64,000 nt of DNA from Octopus sinensis (taxonomy: Eukaryota): contig NC_043021.1 of the NCBI RefSeq assembly GCF_006345805.1, positions 25,854,001 to 25,918,000 on the forward strand, written 5' to 3'. Within the stretch, counting starts at the first letter, position 1, and every line of letters begins with the position of its first letter. Below are positions 60,266 through 64,000 of the stretch, one piece after another. The translations under genes and the position numbers were made by a program. Below the pieces are notes generated by a model. The model was not told where the DNA came from and did not search any database. It saw only the letters and a list, made by a program, of their open reading frames with translations.

Positions 60266-63200
60266 TCCCTCCTCCCCAAACCACACCCCATATTACCTTC
60301 CCAGTTTTCAGAGTTGGCACTGTCAATGTTGGCATACTGAAAGGTAGGTCTAGTGAGATTGTAGAGATGCTTGAAAGGAGATGGTTTAATGTATGCGGCA
60401 TACAAGAGGTAAGATGGAGAGGAGCTTCAGCTAGGGTCCTCACAGGCAAGGCACATAGGTATAAAGTCTTCTGACAAGGTAACATGGATGGTGTAGGGGG
60501 TGTTGGCATACTTCTTGCAGAGAAATGGGTGGATAAGCTCATAGAGGTTGTCAGGGTATGTGATAGGGTGCTTAAGCCCAGGCTAGTCCTACAGAACAGC
60601 ACAGCTATAATTATCTCCGCCTACACTCCACATGCGGGGCTACCAAATGATCAGAAGGACCACTTTTATGATACCCTTCTGCAGGCTACCTCAAAGACGA
60701 GTTGAAATGACCTCGTCTTTGTGGTTGGAGACTTTAATGGGCATGTTGGGCAGGAATCTGGTATCTTCACTAGGGTACACGGTGGCCATGGTATTGGCAC
60801 CCGAAACAATGAGGGGACTAGGCTACTGGAATTCTGTGATGCATGTAACCTTTTAATCTGCAACACTAACTTCAGGAAGCCAGACAACCACCATATAACC
60901 TATCAATCAGGGGACTCTGCTAGCCAGATTGATTTCATCCTCACCAGAAGCGGGACGGAGGGTTGCTCTTAAATACAAAGACCCTCCCAGATGAAAAATG
61001 TACCCCCCAGCATAGGTGAGTCATTAGTGACTTTAGGCTCGAGGCCAGAAGGATAGCTAGAAGCAGACCAATCGAGAAATGAAGGATTTGGACGCTAAAG
61101 AACCCTTCACACGGTCAGAGATTTAGGGACATCCTCATCAAGAAATTTGATGAGAGGGAGGAGGAGTTACAGACATCAGACATAGAAGGTAGCTGGAAAT
61201 TCCTATGGGACAGCTTGCTGAGTGCCACAGACCAAGTCTGCGGATGGTGCAAAGTCCCTTCCAGACCTAGAGTTACATGGTGGTGGAATAGAACGGTAGA
61301 CAAAGCCGTTAGGGCAAAGGAACAGGCCTGGAAAGCCTGGAGGGATGGGGGTAGCAGGGAACGGTACCAGGTAGCCAGAAGGGAGGCTGGGCAGCAGGTA
61401 TACATAGCCAAGAGTGAAGCAGAAAAGAAGAAGTTTGCCAATGTCCAGAGACGTGAAGACCAAAGAACTGAGGTATTTCGGATTGCAAGACAGTTTGTGA
61501 GAGAAAATTGTGATGTCACAAGAGAGAAATGTGTTCGAATGGATGATGGTGCACTTGCTTTAAATGATTCTGAAAAGAAAGAGGCTTGGAGAAGCCATTA
61601 TGAAAGACTGCTGAATGTGGAGAATGAATGGGAGGAGGAGAGCCTGCCAAATGTTGACCCAGTAGAGGGACCAGCTATCCCAATAGACAGCTCCCTAGTA
61701 GTTAAGGCAATTAAGGGTATGAAGCCAGGAAAAGCCCCTGTCCCTTTGACAGGGACCCCGATCCCTTATCTGGTGGGCAATGCGGAAACTGGAGATTGAC
61801 GAATGGTTGATAAGGGCTGTACAGGCCCTATACAGAGAGGCCGTTAGTAAGTTTAGGATTGGCAACGAGTATAGTGTAGAATTCCGGGTAGAAGTAGGGG
61901 TCCACCGAGGTTCAGCCCTTAGTCCCCTTCTATTCATCATAGTCCTCCAGGCAATAACAGAAGAATTCAAGACGGGTTGCCCCTCTATACTGATGACCTG
62001 GCCCTCATAGCAGAATCATTACCGGAACTAGAAAAGAAATTTTGGGTGTGGAAGCTAGGTTTAGAATCAAAGGGCCTTAGAGTAAATGTAGCAAAGACCA
62101 AAGTTATAGTAAGCAGAAAGGCGAACTCATCATACACCCTCAGGTAGGTGGCCCTGCTCGATCTATAGAAAAGGTGTAGGTAGAAACTCCATAAGATGTA
62201 CCCAGTGTAAGCTATGGACGCATAAGAGGTGCAGCAACATCAAAGGAAAATTAACTGAGAAAATAGCTTTCATGTGCGGCAGATGCACAGGAAGCAATAG
62301 ACACCACAGATACACAGAAAACAGATTCCATCCCACTCCAGGGGAAGAAACTAGAAGTAGTTGATAGTTTCCGCTACCTGGGTGACCAAGTTAGTAGTGG
62401 AGGTGGATGCTCAGAGAGTGTCACCACTAGAATATGAATAGCCTGGGCAAAGTTTAGAAAGCTCCTACCCCTACTGGCGACAAAGGGTCTCTCACTCAGA
62501 GTGAAAGGTAGATTGTATGATGCATGTGTGCGAACTGCCATGCTTCACAGTAGTGAAACATGGGCTGTGACTGCAGAGGACATGCGCAAACTTGAAAGAA
62601 ATGAAGCTAACATGATCCGCTGGATGTGTAATATCAGTCTGCACACATGACAGAGTGTAAGCGCCCCAAGAGAAATGCTGGACATAAGAAGCATCAGATG
62701 TGGTGTGCAAGATAGACGTTTGCGGTGGTAGGGTTATATACTGCAGATGGATGAGGAGAGATGTGTGAAGAAGTGCCACTCCCAAACAGCTGAAGGTATC
62801 AGGGGGAGAGGTAGACCCAGGAAGACATGGGATGAGGTAGTCAGGCATGACCTTTGAATGTTGGGCCTCACAGAGGCAATGATGAAAGACAGAGATCTCT
62901 GGAGATATGCTGTGACTGCAAAGACCCGGGCTGCTTCCTGCACCAGTTTCGCATAGCCCCAGCCCATTCAAAGTACCTTGGATTGCAGAACGACCTGCTG
63001 TGCTTATCTTGGATCATAGGGTGACCTGCTGTGCTTGAGGAGACCTATTGAGTCAAGTACATCAATATCAAATGGAAATAGTAGTTGTGATACATGTGCC
63101 GGTGTCACGTAAAAAGCACCATCCAAACATGGCTGATGCCAGCGCTGCCTTGACTGGCTTCTGTGCCGGTGGAACGTAAAAAGCACCAACTGATCGTGGC

Positions 63201-63395
63201 CGCTGCCAGCCTCCCCTGGCACATAAAGAGCACCCACTACACTCATGGAGTGGTTGGCGTTAGGAAGGGCATCCAGCTGTAGAAACACTGCCAGATCAGA
63301 CTGGAGCCTGGTGCAGCCATCTGGTTCACCAGCCCTCAGTTCAAGTTGTCCAACCCATGCTAGCATGGAAAGCGGACATTAAATGATGATGATGA
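60266..63395 (+). mobile_element. RTE-clade LINE, near full length but inactivated and internally deleted; 3' UTR with repeated gccggtggcacgtaaaaagcacc units and (TGA)n tail
   Basis: GTVNVG, GIQEVRW, VGDFNGHVG, SQIDFIL, GVHRGSALSPLLF, YLGD, KGRLYDACVR, RGRPRKTWDEV motifs over several frames. Confidence 0.93.
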
Positions 63396-63584
63396 TATAC
63401 ATATATATACACACATACATATATACATATATATATATATACACACATATATATATACATATACATATATACACATATATATATAATATATATATACACA
63501 TATATATATAATATATATATACACATATATATATAATATATATATACACATATATATATAATATATATATACACATATATATAT

Positions 63585-63618
<34 letters not shown>

Positions 63619-64000
63619 CATACATATATATACACACACATATATATATATATACATATATATACATATACACACATATATATACACATATATATATACA
63701 CATATATATACACATCAACATACACACATATATATACACACACATACACACATATATATATACACACATATATATACACACATACATATATATATACACA
63801 CATATATATATATACACACATATATATATACACACATATATATATACACACATACATATATATATATATATATACACACACATACATATATATATGTATA
63901 TATATATGTATATATATATATGTGTATATATATGTGTATATATATATGTATGTATATATATGCATGTATATATATGTGTATATATATATGTATGTATATA
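63396..64000. repeat. Compound TA/CA/TG microsatellite
   Basis: Direct inspection. Confidence 0.95.

Overview
Eukaryotic, AT-rich, repeat-dense animal DNA. The SINE families and the huge TA/CA/TACA microsatellites point to a coleoid cephalopod, probably Octopus (inferred from memory of those repeats, not from a search). Two convergent intron-containing genes were reconstructed by hand from splice sites and phase matching. Gene A (+ strand) is 5'-incomplete, has 6 exons (1957..23246) and encodes 571 aa of disordered S/P/Q/N-rich C-terminus; its identity is unknown. Gene B (- strand, 55085..39721) has 5 core plus 2 candidate cassette exons and encodes a 350-420 aa type I membrane protein: signal peptide, CUB-like ectodomain, one TM helix and a PPxY-containing tail. 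Most of the remainder is mobile DNA: several Penelope-like element (PLE) insertions, CR1/L2, RTE and R4/Dong-like LINE remnants, three tRNA-derived SINE families (one forming a ~4 kb co-oriented array), mariner, hAT and other MITEs, and many foldback structures. The most striking system is a pair of related PLE insertions in (TA)n tracts, one in an intron of each gene. Each forms a long near-perfect hairpin with a minimal hammerhead ribozyme in both arms. No rRNA, true tRNA or CRISPR array is supported, and most ORFs in the supplied track are microsatellite artefacts.
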